A DNA stretch of 64,000 bases from a virus (taxonomy: Duplodnaviria; Caudoviricetes), in the IMG/VR virus record IMGVR_UViG_3300028048_000096, positions 36,767 through 100,766 of that record; one strand, given 5' to 3'. Both the position numbers and the translations under genes were made by a program. This document shows, one piece after another, positions 51,701 through 58,784 of the stretch (the stretch's first letter is position 1; each line of letters starts with the position of its first letter). Below the pieces are notes generated by a model. It was given only the letters and a program-made list of their open reading frames with translations, ran no database searches and was not told the origin of the DNA.

Positions 51701-51873
51701 GTTTCGTACTTATCAAATTCTTTAAGTATATTTGCTATATTTTTATCTAAATTTCCACCTATTTTATCTGGTAGCTTTAAATTTTTAAAGGCTTTTTGTA
51801 TCTCACCGACATTCGCCTTTACATCCGATAAATCGGTTATTGGTTTAATTGTAAAGGTAAAAGTATCAGCCAT
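42787..51873 (-). CDS. tail tape measure protein (3028 aa) with C-terminal peptidoglycan-binding domain
   Basis: TP901-type TMP core (ELDKAMTETAVV...G.ALKT..AR), TM segments, coiled coils; DGIIGPKT..A...LQ...DGIWGPNT near the C-terminus. Confidence 0.9.
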   Translation of the reverse strand: MADTFTFTIKPITDLSDVKANVGEIQKAFKNLKLPDKIGGNLDKNIANILKEFDKYETKIKEGIKTSGDYRQVESSLSKINNLYQDIVKDVQNVAKSDLSDIFDVNTGDFKEVGDQIKEITKQLENIKIDPDKLSAPINQLKQAIKNEKISGKEGLLNQLIGHVDNGELEDAKAALRELEKYINKVSVKKDAQGNILGSTVGKLSSANTDTAKSALTEIQQVFTETQAKGIPLEETLTILQQRFKEVQATSENSLREFSNKAQESTGEVESLTATLQKAHKEDFNFDNQVKSIDRQIQSYFGLGQMIRKVGQIARDAFKTIQELDKAMTETAVVTNFSVGDMWEKLPLYTAEANKLGSSIKDVYEATTLYYQQGLNTTQSMGLAVETLKMARIAGMDAKDATDAMTAALRGFNLEISQVSAQRINDVYSELAAITASDTQEISTAMEKVASLAHNAGMELETTAAFLAQMIETTREAPENLGTALKTVVARFQEMKQDPTKLIDSEGVMLDANKVDKALKSIGVNLLNTNGEFRKLDDVFLEIAAKWDTLSMGQQRYIATMAAGSRQQSRFIAMMSNYSRTMELVDAAYDASGASQRQFEKTLEGLDAKINKLKNAWAQFAMGLMNNELLKGGIDLLTGFIDKVNDLVDIIGEIPPDPFKGVTKSLTTLLLTLSGLSIARTALSKGIESGVGWFKKEMTGKEAITNLFFSPKNAIKEAQAEKVAAEKAGKEAGTAFSIAYTSARDNILKNKPLPYSPQPTSTDLSNKFRAAANQEYDEDNPFQFSKEQQESLNEQADYFEEDIPKYGQSLGMLANKFYNAGVACQAFGNILQGTPLAPVGKAISLLGIGLQSFGGIAAKAAKIYGTSIKKAGVDSVVGFTAMKAGLKGVAVAAWEAIAPFLPLIAVIAAIAAIGAVLYFALTKDKREMEALANAAKTSSDAFDNLKTATEELKNSIEEIRNADSLFDGLVVGTTEWNLALVEANQQILDLIKKYPMLQDYMTTDANGRMYISEAGFKAVQDEQNKLLGQAQALDIYNNALHNAALTEQEKDKLLKDEGVHKTKSRTIKHGQDSYTITEAQADEINYNALSEEGKREWDSIEARIKAESEAANKQAIRAALSSSGELNDTVLSLFSQNFDEAQKAFSTSGVDTNAMKQAYADFIGGVFNSATGKITDLSGEEVDIDNDTLKKMYPQIMALLQFQEQAPKVEGAVKSLGKSFDSVFGNTEGSNFINDLLNNNLEIDLSQLEEFRNMEVDEIVDILGDSGDELAKVILQNENASAEDLANQLKENAENLKQIQTKAYADAAVWYAKSKGIKATQVEKIPRQYANLITKGLTAGSAEAANRFMDQVSRSFDSTNAMSMGQNLFDALLGAPDEATQQKLAELINSVDWTSAIERGQFYETYAEGTEAFEELNNKQKEFITGQKRVDKSLNLTGKQFEELVQSSDFLEILTDKWKDFADESGKIDASGIEEMAKECGTLQKILELDGFEAENLATALNYFQETGSFDGINSATLAAMKHFNALDNLVAQVKKDLDNFDEGQDYSEGIEAYRERMGTIKENYEKGYYSNETALNAIKNLFSEEFYYTKVKEFGSNKELEKYLINNAAPLLTDSLQDTALMAINNMARGLDILGEQMTINDERLKVFYGDSGLEFDIGNMTYEEVVAEMATRLHVSEELARGILEGLIGQDWGIVGDNLAEDLMKNGREAGISEFARIQTTETTGFDIDEGQAVAISQSTFDALKTTGGYIEQYGEEAAAQLQTDLTNAFGKTVQVFDDITDNLDSYLAAKYGANTENEGSLRSAGLDLFDAKNNVGNFTKVIQQLQADGYNYQKAVELAYKQAKELDLKSLLIDGKEMDISDVLNATEFNDAIEEFKEASKWEEVGNIIADAIVTAFEDAGIIGNTPKEEANPEKITGAADLIAVKANIEVQKNTLEQELKNANQEVIDLQKEITKLSQIDPNNPELPMLQEQLAEAQKKASNVTAELQGVNDQLNSINNKNVNIKFTSTINGVASSISNIAANVANIVAHSSAKGSNNYISSSGFYAGSSARGRYGTVGPKNKGGLTLTGEKGFEIAWLPSENRSMILGAHGPQMLNLPSDAVVYSHEQSKDIIKQKSIPAGSHAGHYDYSSGSSGGSRGSSSGSSSGSKSSSSDKEKDPKHSNWYKEEVRRFNLNQSINQLTEKIEKITKSISDTLAKLGVKYSDISKDVEKQTQLLHQTIAQQQQLRDSYKAELEWLANGNRQLWVSLTNASNESEEISVGTSQFISGNADTGYSVSYDAIVKYLQANGYGGENLTANAESLFNLLNQQISNLQSSFNSAAKAIEDAQQKLKDLVNQVREAFYGWENELTRVYDLSKQLELNEAMNGRFTSEIGLLLSSVNTQFEDMATVLDHLNNAQQGSIELTKQRLELLYAMIQARQEEIEALMDGGSAEKERYEAIKAENEAALKNGQALTAEMLAREAAAYDEYARAAWGQLYVTSTQNADGSYTFDFNEEQLEADRLAGKISEDTYNAIKDGFDNLVEGQIDYHEAISEVQDYLKELGEQLDDYYKTMADLENDLIDAFVDAAQKEVSKLESLNSSLTNAAKSVLEQVKKSIDARRKAEDNAKTEADIARKQERLSILRANTGGGNQVEIAQLEKEIGDAQRSYGRTLEDQMLAQMQTQADEASKQRQQQIDLAKQQIEYNKQAGVYAAMADELLDDIKANATQIALLLDETKELGRGKWEQLIDKNEIERQIIEAGNASAAIPYLEEAISQQQDLYNALIQLDQDMMEVVGTTIGQGQNNPNTPGVYNPTNDGIPTTGSAGSGSSGGSSGGSSGGGAANTSPNAHGRLAGVPAAHQNTFSSAQKKALQQGLNDLKKDKLIGNFGADLVIDGIIGPKTTAAIVQLQKAVGTTQDGIWGPNTGNATHKKFPKYARGGLNKTTGPAWLDGTRAKPELVLNAQDTKNFIALKDILSGVMRTISHTDTSNIYNSPTEFNINVNVEKIASDYDVDRLTARIKRDIVKDATYRNVTAVRNFR

Positions 51874-51915
51874 CCTTTCTTCCTCCTTATAATAAAAAAT
51901 AGCGTCAATTAAAAA

Positions 51916-52719
51916 TTAACGCCATTCATCATTCTCATCTATATCATCTTCTAAAAAGAAAATTTCTATCGCCTTTAAATCATGACTTTTCCCAATCGGC
52001 AAAGCCACTCCTTCAAAAACTCCCACAACTGGTTGTGCATTTTCTCCTAAAGTAAGATTCAAACTTGACGTTATTTTTAATTTCGGAATCTTAATAATTG
52101 CAGTATGTGTTGCACCAGTTACGTCATCTTTGAATCTTGTGCGGCCCTCTAAGCTCAGATATCCTTCCATAAACGGATCGCCAATAATTGCTTGCGTAAC
52201 TGTATTTTTATACTCATAGGTATAATCTACAATAACGTCTGTATAAACTAAAGGAGTTTGAATATGTATTTCATCCAGCATCTGCGCGCCAGTTATTTTC
52301 TCACCAGTTTCTTTATTATAAATAAAAATCCATTTATCAGCAGGAACTTGAGTTAATTCAATTATACCATCTTCATCCGTTTCTAATTCATCACGTTGTG
52401 AAATTAAAACCGATTTAATATCTGTATCAATATTAAGAAGATGTGAATTATTCATAAGTCCAAACTGACTCTTCGAAAAAATTCCTTGCGTAAAGGCAAG
52501 GTTTACTCCTTCAGTCCTCGTAAAGACAACTAATTTTCGGTTAAAATAACCGCCTTGCGCGGCTACTTGACGATTTATCTCGTCAAACTTACTCATCATT
52601 ATCTTATCAAATGCGGCAACTACTTCACCAGCCGCGATTTGTTTTCCATTTATCTCTATAGGATAAGTCGCTTTTAACTGCACCGAGTATAGTTCTTGCA
52701 TTCCAAATTGATTATCCAT
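51916..52719 (-). CDS. second tail-tube-like protein
   Basis: FGMQELY.V, AQGG..N.KL and IKIPKLKI parallel motifs in 52788..53783. Confidence 0.55.
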   Translation of the reverse strand: MDNQFGMQELYSVQLKATYPIEINGKQIAAGEVVAAFDKIMMSKFDEINRQVAAQGGYFNRKLVVFTRTEGVNLAFTQGIFSKSQFGLMNNSHLLNIDTDIKSVLISQRDELETDEDGIIELTQVPADKWIFIYNKETGEKITGAQMLDEIHIQTPLVYTDVIVDYTYEYKNTVTQAIIGDPFMEGYLSLEGRTRFKDDVTGATHTAIIKIPKLKITSSLNLTLGENAQPVVGVFEGVALPIGKSHDLKAIEIFFLEDDIDENDEWR

Positions 52720-52736
52720 TTGTTTGTCTCCTAATT

Positions 52737-52770
52737 AAAAGTGGGGAGACGATTGCCGCCTCCCCGCCAT
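52737..52770 (-). terminator. terminator after the major tail gene
   Basis: GCGGGGAGGCG-GCAAT-CGTCTCCCCAC-TTTT on the minus strand. Confidence 0.7.
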
Positions 52771-52787
52771 TAGTTTTAATTATTAAA

Positions 52788-53783
52788 TTAGCCGTCAATA
52801 GGTTCAACTGTAGTCTCATTCTTGGACTTACCAGTAGCAACAGAAGCATCATATCCGTCTTCTGCAACTGTTGCATAAGGAGCACGCTCTGTAGCTTCAT
52901 TAAATGCATCAAGTACAGAAGCAACACCCTTATTATGACCAGTACCAGACTGACTAGCACTACCAAGACTATACTTAACAAGCTTAAGCATTGAACCATC
53001 AACACTCTTTAAGCATTCTACGTTCATTGTAAACTCAGCAGGATCACCATCAGCTTCCATAGTAAGACTTACGTCCTCTGCAGAAACCTTTCCCTTAGGA
53101 ATAATGAACTGAAGGAATTCATCTTGACCATTCTGATAATTTCTAGCATAAGTATCGCCAGTAATATAATAAGTATTAGCATTAAATTCTGCACCAATAT
53201 TAATTGTAATACCATTAGCAACGACACCAGTAGTACCATCTGGAGCACTTACGCAATCTAATAAATCAAATGTAACAAAGTCAAAATTCTTAGGTTCCCA
53301 AGTAACACTAGCAAGCTTAACCGGTGTAGGATTTGCTTTGGCTGCAGTAGTATTACCAAGTCCATAAGCGAAATAAGTCATCTTATTCTTAGCTATATAT
53401 AAGTCTTGACCATTAATATTAAAGGTAGCCATAGTATTTACTGTGGTATCTTCTTTAATATCATTTACGCTTAAAGTTTTAAGAACTTCTTGTGTGGAAC
53501 CATTATCTTCCATAACTCCACCGAACATGATGCCAAGTGATTTAGCACTGAATAAAGCATCAGTAAGTTCAAGAGTTAATTCTTTATTAGTATCCCAAGA
53601 AAGAAGCTTTACATTACTCTTACCACCTCTAGCTTCTACTTGTTCAGCAGACTGGCTAATAGTAGTTACCTTAGCAGTATCAATATACAGCACAGGAGCA
53701 GAAGGAGCGCCCTTTGAGTCCATCTCATAGAACATAACGTCTGCTACTTCTTTAATAGCATATTTATCAAGAATTGCTGCCAT
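52788..53783 (-). CDS. major tail tube protein
   Basis: YAIKEVADV, ARGG.SN.KL.SWD, FIIPKGKV, LTMEADGDP; highly-expressed codon style; position. Confidence 0.7.
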   Translation of the reverse strand: MAAILDKYAIKEVADVMFYEMDSKGAPSAPVLYIDTAKVTTISQSAEQVEARGGKSNVKLLSWDTNKELTLELTDALFSAKSLGIMFGGVMEDNGSTQEVLKTLSVNDIKEDTTVNTMATFNINGQDLYIAKNKMTYFAYGLGNTTAAKANPTPVKLASVTWEPKNFDFVTFDLLDCVSAPDGTTGVVANGITINIGAEFNANTYYITGDTYARNYQNGQDEFLQFIIPKGKVSAEDVSLTMEADGDPAEFTMNVECLKSVDGSMLKLVKYSLGSASQSGTGHNKGVASVLDAFNEATERAPYATVAEDGYDASVATGKSKNETTVEPIDG

Positions 53784-53798
53784 TTAAATAGCCTCCTA

Positions 53799-54560
53799 TT
53801 ATTCTTTTTCATCTAGATTTTTAATCCAATATTTGGGTTTTACTTTTTTGCTATCCGCGCCGGCAAGTAAAGCCTGTATATCAATATCATATGCTTCCTT
53901 TTGCTGTTCCATTTCAACTAGCCAATGGACGCACGCATAGCTAATCTCTCCAATATTAAGTGGCGTTAAACCAATTCCCATACAACAAATTGCTGCTAAT
54001 AGGGTTCCAAATTTTGGACCATTTTTGCTTTTCTTTTTTTGTCTAATTTTATCACCTTCACGCACTTTTCGTTTATAACGTAAGATGCGAGGGTCTAAAT
54101 TAGTTTCTTCAGGGTCGGGCGGCTGTATCTTAGGAATCCCTAACACAGTACGAATTTCATTTTGAAAATCAAAAAAGTTATCTTCAGTGAGAAGGCGAGG
54201 ATTCTCTAAATCAATATCAGGATCTAACTCATCCTCGCTTTTCCCAATCAATAACATATTAATCTCTGGTATTATTGTAACGGGTTCATGAATAAACAAC
54301 TTAAATCCGTCCAATATCCTCTGTTGCATATCTCCGCCTTGATAATAATTTAATAACAAATATTCAAATGGTGTAGGTATTTTTTTGACCCGTTCATCCT
54401 TCAAATATTCATCATTTAAATCTTCCTGAGTAATTGTAAATAATGCATGATATATATTGAAGTGTTCATCACCAGATACATCATTTACCGTTGGCGGATA
54501 AATTTTACATATATTTTTAAAAGGTATAGGGAAACCTAAAAGTACCCTATCATCAATCAT
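53799..54560 (-). CDS. putative tail assembly chaperone
   Basis: position; C-terminal ALLAGA....KYWI; inference. Confidence 0.5.
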   Translation of the reverse strand: MIDDRVLLGFPIPFKNICKIYPPTVNDVSGDEHFNIYHALFTITQEDLNDEYLKDERVKKIPTPFEYLLLNYYQGGDMQQRILDGFKLFIHEPVTIIPEINMLLIGKSEDELDPDIDLENPRLLTEDNFFDFQNEIRTVLGIPKIQPPDPEETNLDPRILRYKRKVREGDKIRQKKKSKNGPKFGTLLAAICCMGIGLTPLNIGEISYACVHWLVEMEQQKEAYDIDIQALLAGADSKKVKPKYWIKNLDEKE

Positions 54561-55053
54561 AAGTGGTTAAACTAAAAGTCATAAGGTAGGCTGAAATTTC
54601 TTCTGTTAAGAAATCAAGGTCAAAATCACCGCCACTCATTTTTCCTAACCCATCAATCTTCTTACCATTTAATGACTTTTGAATTTCACCCATTATGGCA
54701 AAGGGCCGCAAATTTGTATCTTTTATAATCCATTGAGTCAATGGAACAAAGACTTCTACACTCACAGTTATATGTTTAAATTCAGAATTATTCATATCCG
54801 TGCGACCGCGCGCAATTCTAAGTGCAATAATTGAGTGCGCCGTTTCCTTAGGTCCAACTCTTGGGACTATTTTTACTAACTTTTCAAACACTTCATTCTG
54901 AATTTGTTCTGATGTTAAATCTTCATGTGATAAAGGGTCTTTATCTGTATAATATAAAAGTTTTAACAAATTTTGATTAGCTAATAAACGTCGAATAATT
55001 TTCTGCGCATTTACCCCTAATTCAATGCAATTTCTAACTTTATATTCAGCCAT
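54553..55053 (-). CDS. putative tail terminator/completion protein
   Basis: position and size; LLKLLYY, RP..I. Confidence 0.5.
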   Translation of the reverse strand: MAEYKVRNCIELGVNAQKIIRRLLANQNLLKLLYYTDKDPLSHEDLTSEQIQNEVFEKLVKIVPRVGPKETAHSIIALRIARGRTDMNNSEFKHITVSVEVFVPLTQWIIKDTNLRPFAIMGEIQKSLNGKKIDGLGKMSGGDFDLDFLTEEISAYLMTFSLTTYD

Positions 55054-55783
55054 TATTATCTACCCCCTTATTAATCCAGAAGAAATCATCCTTTTCATCT
55101 TCTTCGGTTTGCTTGGGAGCAGGAGTTAAATCTCTTATGTATTGAGGGTCAACTGATACAAATTCAACCCCAGGAGTCGATTGAATATCATAACCCGTAA
55201 CTACATAGGCTTCTTTTAGAGGTCCTTCACCAACTTCCATATAATCATCTTTACGTAGATACTCATTACGCGGCATTATAAAGAAGCTTAATTTTAAATT
55301 TTCTGTATATAATGTTTTATTTCTACTTCTTGATTTAAGTTCATCTTTTAACATATTATCTTCTTGTCCATAAAAATATGCCCAAGTATTTTGAGTAACT
55401 CCACTTCTATCTTTCCAAGTAAGGTAATGAGTCATTTTAATTACAATATACCTATTATAGCCACTAGCTTTAATATCTTCAAGATAATAAATCATCCATG
55501 GCCGCAATTCCATATCTTTATCGGGAATAAACAAAATTGTACCATTTGGCATATCTAAATGAACATCAGTAAGTAAATACTGCATTGTTTTAGTTTCATT
55601 TTGACGTAAAGGAGTTAATTCACCCTCATACATCTCATCTTCATATTCAAACTCAACATAATATACAGATTTTTTTAATTGTAATTTAAAATTTTCTTCT
55701 CTTTGCCTTTGCATACGAGACTGAAAATCAATTCCATAGCGGTTTAACCGCTTTAGATAGACATTATGATAGTAATCTTCCAT
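55046..55783 (-). CDS. putative head-closure/neck protein
   Basis: position in the neck cluster. Confidence 0.5.
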   Translation of the reverse strand: MEDYYHNVYLKRLNRYGIDFQSRMQRQREENFKLQLKKSVYYVEFEYEDEMYEGELTPLRQNETKTMQYLLTDVHLDMPNGTILFIPDKDMELRPWMIYYLEDIKASGYNRYIVIKMTHYLTWKDRSGVTQNTWAYFYGQEDNMLKDELKSRSRNKTLYTENLKLSFFIMPRNEYLRKDDYMEVGEGPLKEAYVVTGYDIQSTPGVEFVSVDPQYIRDLTPAPKQTEEDEKDDFFWINKGVDNNG

Positions 55784-55795
55784 CGCGGCAACCTC

Positions 55796-56056
55796 CTATT
55801 TAGAAAGTAAACTCATACAATCAAAAATTGTACTCCTAAACTTCTCATAATTCAAATACCGACAGGCCGCAAGCTTGTGGTATAATCTATAATAATTAAT
55901 TGTGCGTTCATCTTCATCGAAACCTAAAAGTTCAATTAAAATTGAGTCAAGGAATTTTTCCCATTCTCTACCTTTCTCATACTCACAAAGTAAACCAAAT
56001 AACCTATTCTTTAGGTTATTATAATAACCTTCTTGAACCGTAGGATTATATTCCAC
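55796..56056 (-). CDS. small neck-region protein
   Basis: 86 aa; synteny. Confidence 0.55.
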   Translation of the reverse strand: MEYNPTVQEGYYNNLKNRLFGLLCEYEKGREWEKFLDSILIELLGFDEDERTINYYRLYHKLAACRYLNYEKFRSTIFDCMSLLSK

Positions 56057-56058
56057 TA

Positions 56059-56493
56059 CTATTCTCCCGCAAGTACTCTAAAATCGAAAGGTTTATTATT
56101 ATCACGAGAACGATAGTAAATACGCTCAAGTTTAAGCGCCTTATATTCCTCCCGTTCAAGTAATTGTTTTAATTTATCAATTAGGTTCGCTTGAGAGAAA
56201 TCTCTCTCAACATAAAGAGGCTTTACATTTTCCCAGGTCAGAATTTCACGATTTAACCACTCACATTTCATATAAGTTGCTAAAATCTGAATTTCTTTTG
56301 CGCCAATTGCTTCATCAACAAAGTAGCCCTCATCGTCAATCTCTAAGCTAACACGCGGAAACTTAAACCAGGGAATTGCACCATCGAGCAATGAACGCCA
56401 ATCTTGCTCAATTTCTTCATCTGTCCAATGTAACCATTCGTCTTCTTGCATTTTAGATAAAAATGCGTCATAGACTGCGTGTATTGAGGTCAT
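56059..56493 (-). CDS. putative head-tail adaptor
   Basis: VYDAFLSK, EIQILA.YM..EW, DFSQAN. Confidence 0.55.
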   Translation of the reverse strand: MTSIHAVYDAFLSKMQEDEWLHWTDEEIEQDWRSLLDGAIPWFKFPRVSLEIDDEGYFVDEAIGAKEIQILATYMKCEWLNREILTWENVKPLYVERDFSQANLIDKLKQLLEREEYKALKLERIYYRSRDNNKPFDFRVLAGE

Positions 56494-56494
56494 T

Positions 56495-56986
56495 TTATTC
56501 CTCCTTTTGAGCAGCTAAATCATCCCTATTAAGTTTAATTGCACTTATAATATCAATACCTGTCATTCCCTTAAGAATTTCTGCTTTTTCAAAATTAGCA
56601 ATCTCATTCTCAATTGCATAACGAATCAACTCATTAACCTGTTCAGTAGGAAGTTCTTTCAACCTATCTCTAAATTCATGTACTGGAAGAACAGTTAAAT
56701 AACGTTTCATCTGTGCGTCATCTAATGCAATTATATTAACTGGTTCAGTCGCATCTTCAGGCTCAAGTCCAAGTCTCTGCTTCATTTTCATATCATCAAT
56801 TCCAAGAATACCCTCTGTAAATAAAGCTTCTACACCAGGACTATAAAGTGCTTCCTGTAACTGTTCGAATGGAATCACTCTAACTGTGCCTTTCTTTTCC
56901 CATACTCTTTTAAGTCTCATGTCTGGAACTGTTAAAACAACTCTATGAGATACTAAACTCTTAACATTTACTTTTTCGTCTGCCAT
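56495..56986 (-). CDS. hypothetical protein downstream of the capsid gene
   Basis: AAGGAG RBS favours start MADEK at 56986. Confidence 0.65.
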   Translation of the reverse strand: MADEKVNVKSLVSHRVVLTVPDMRLKRVWEKKGTVRVIPFEQLQEALYSPGVEALFTEGILGIDDMKMKQRLGLEPEDATEPVNIIALDDAQMKRYLTVLPVHEFRDRLKELPTEQVNELIRYAIENEIANFEKAEILKGMTGIDIISAIKLNRDDLAAQKEE

Positions 56987-57049
56987 TGTAATTACTCCTT
57001 TTAACTCCATTTATGCGGTTGCTCTACGCGACGGCCGCACTTCTACATT

Positions 57050-57086
57050 AAAAAACAAGGGAAGGGGATTATTCCCCTCCCCTTTC
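57050..57086 (-). terminator. terminator after the major capsid gene
   Basis: AAGGGGAGGGGAAT-A-ATCCCCTTCCCTT-GTTTTTT on the minus strand. Confidence 0.8.
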
Positions 57087-57095
57087 TAAACCTAA

Positions 57096-58157
57096 TTAAA
57101 CATTAGGATACATTTCTTTATAAGTCTGAGGAATAGCCTCATTCTTATAAATAGCCCAGTTATGATAAGCAAGGATAGCAGTTCCAAGCTTTCTGTAGGT
57201 CATAATTTCCATTGACTGGTCCTTATTAACCCAATCATATACCTGAGTCTGTCCCTCGAAGACAACCTTGACAACTCTCTCGCCGCCAGTAGGAAGTACA
57301 TAAGCAAGCTGAGGATCAATCCAAGTCTCTACGTTGTTCTCATCAACAAAGGACTGAGGAATCTGTACGATAGGAGTTCCTCTAAACAGATTGATGTAAC
57401 CAGTATTGTGGATAGCATCAATGTCCTGCGGATGATAAACTCCACCATAGTTTCCATTCTGAGGAACAGGAACGATAGCATCAGCACCCATAGCAGCAAC
57501 GAACTCAGGCGGTGCAAAGATAATAGCGCCAGAACCATAAGCTCTAACTGTGGAGATAAGCTTCATCATTTCCTCTCCATCAAAGTCATTACCAACAGTA
57601 ACGTTGGCTCTGTTGTTAGCAGGAACACCAGTCTGGTTAACAGCAGCACGAAGTGCTCTCTGAACTTCCTGATATACTGCGTCTGTCTGAGCCTCTGTAA
57701 GAAGACTTACGAGTTCAGCCATATTTTCAGCTCCATCAAGCATTCTCTCGAAGTCAATTGTGCAGCCTCCGCCAATAGCGTGAGCGGCGACTTCGAATCT
57801 TCCAGTGTCAAGTCTGAAGGTCTCATAAACACCAGAAAGACCAACCTGAGTAAGGAACTTCTTAGCTCTCATTCTGCCAAGCTTTGTCTTAAACATAGCC
57901 TTTGTTCCTTGGGGTACTTGCTGAACTTCAGCAAACATACCAACGGCATCAATAACCTTATTAGGAACAATCTCATCGGCAGCTTGAATTATAATTTCAT
58001 AGATATCATATCTATTCTTCATGAACTGGTTAACAGAACCAGCCATCTCTCTAAGGCCATCAGCCAGTGCTTCATCCACGTTCTCTACGGAGAAGTTGGT
58101 AGGGGCTTGACCTTTAGCAGCATAAATTGCTAACTGTTTTAATTCATTTATAGTCAT
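57096..58157 (-). CDS. major capsid protein
   Basis: 353 aa, after protease/scaffold and decoration genes, followed by a strong terminator, strongly biased codons. Confidence 0.8.
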   Translation of the reverse strand: MTINELKQLAIYAAKGQAPTNFSVENVDEALADGLREMAGSVNQFMKNRYDIYEIIIQAADEIVPNKVIDAVGMFAEVQQVPQGTKAMFKTKLGRMRAKKFLTQVGLSGVYETFRLDTGRFEVAAHAIGGGCTIDFERMLDGAENMAELVSLLTEAQTDAVYQEVQRALRAAVNQTGVPANNRANVTVGNDFDGEEMMKLISTVRAYGSGAIIFAPPEFVAAMGADAIVPVPQNGNYGGVYHPQDIDAIHNTGYINLFRGTPIVQIPQSFVDENNVETWIDPQLAYVLPTGGERVVKVVFEGQTQVYDWVNKDQSMEIMTYRKLGTAILAYHNWAIYKNEAIPQTYKEMYPNV

Positions 58158-58179
58158 TTCTAAATCTCCTCCTTTTCTC

Positions 58180-58770
58180 TTATGCAGTCAGAACCTGGAA
58201 TTTAATACCAAATGAACCATCCGGCATAGTTGTGGCTTCAACAACCCTGAGTACCGGGCCAGCAGAAGGCTTAGTAGCACTTACTGCAATCGCACCCTCA
58301 TCACTAACACCACCATAGAGCGGAGTAGTATCAACATCTTCACAAGCTTCAATGAAGTTCTCATCAGCTGTTTTTGCAGAGGCGCCAGAACCAGTAGCGG
58401 TCCACTCTGTGTCATCATAACCAACGCAGTTAGTTGTGAAGAGCTCACCTACAGAAAGGAATCCAAGTCTAGGAAGGAAGGTTCCTCTTTCAAGTTTGAA
58501 GTCCTTAAGTGAATTTGCTCTTTCGTCATACATATGTTCTGTAGTATAGTTAAGTGCAACAGGGCAAGTAGCTATAACAGCGCTCTTAGGGAACTTAACT
58601 GTTCTGTTGACTCTATCTACAGCAAGCAGCATTCCATTTTCAGCAGGAACGGAAGCGAAATCAGTTGCATCAAGAGCGCACTGAGCTTCGATTCTACCAT
58701 CTCTGCGGAAGGCTACCTGATTTAATTCTAATTGACCAAAACCGTCAATTGTCATTCTTTTAAAAGCCAT
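58180..58770 (-). CDS. capsid decoration/minor head protein
   Basis: AENGMLL, GELFTTN; position between scaffold and MCP. Confidence 0.6.
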   Translation of the reverse strand: MAFKRMTIDGFGQLELNQVAFRRDGRIEAQCALDATDFASVPAENGMLLAVDRVNRTVKFPKSAVIATCPVALNYTTEHMYDERANSLKDFKLERGTFLPRLGFLSVGELFTTNCVGYDDTEWTATGSGASAKTADENFIEACEDVDTTPLYGGVSDEGAIAVSATKPSAGPVLRVVEATTMPDGSFGIKFQVLTA

Positions 58771-58784
58771 ATTTTCTTCCTCCG

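Noticed and set aside
57408-58133. 241-aa plus-strand ORF opposite the capsid gene, and similar short antisense or alternate-frame ORFs elsewhere
   Set aside because: Explained by codon bias of the real genes; no RBS or recognisable motifs.
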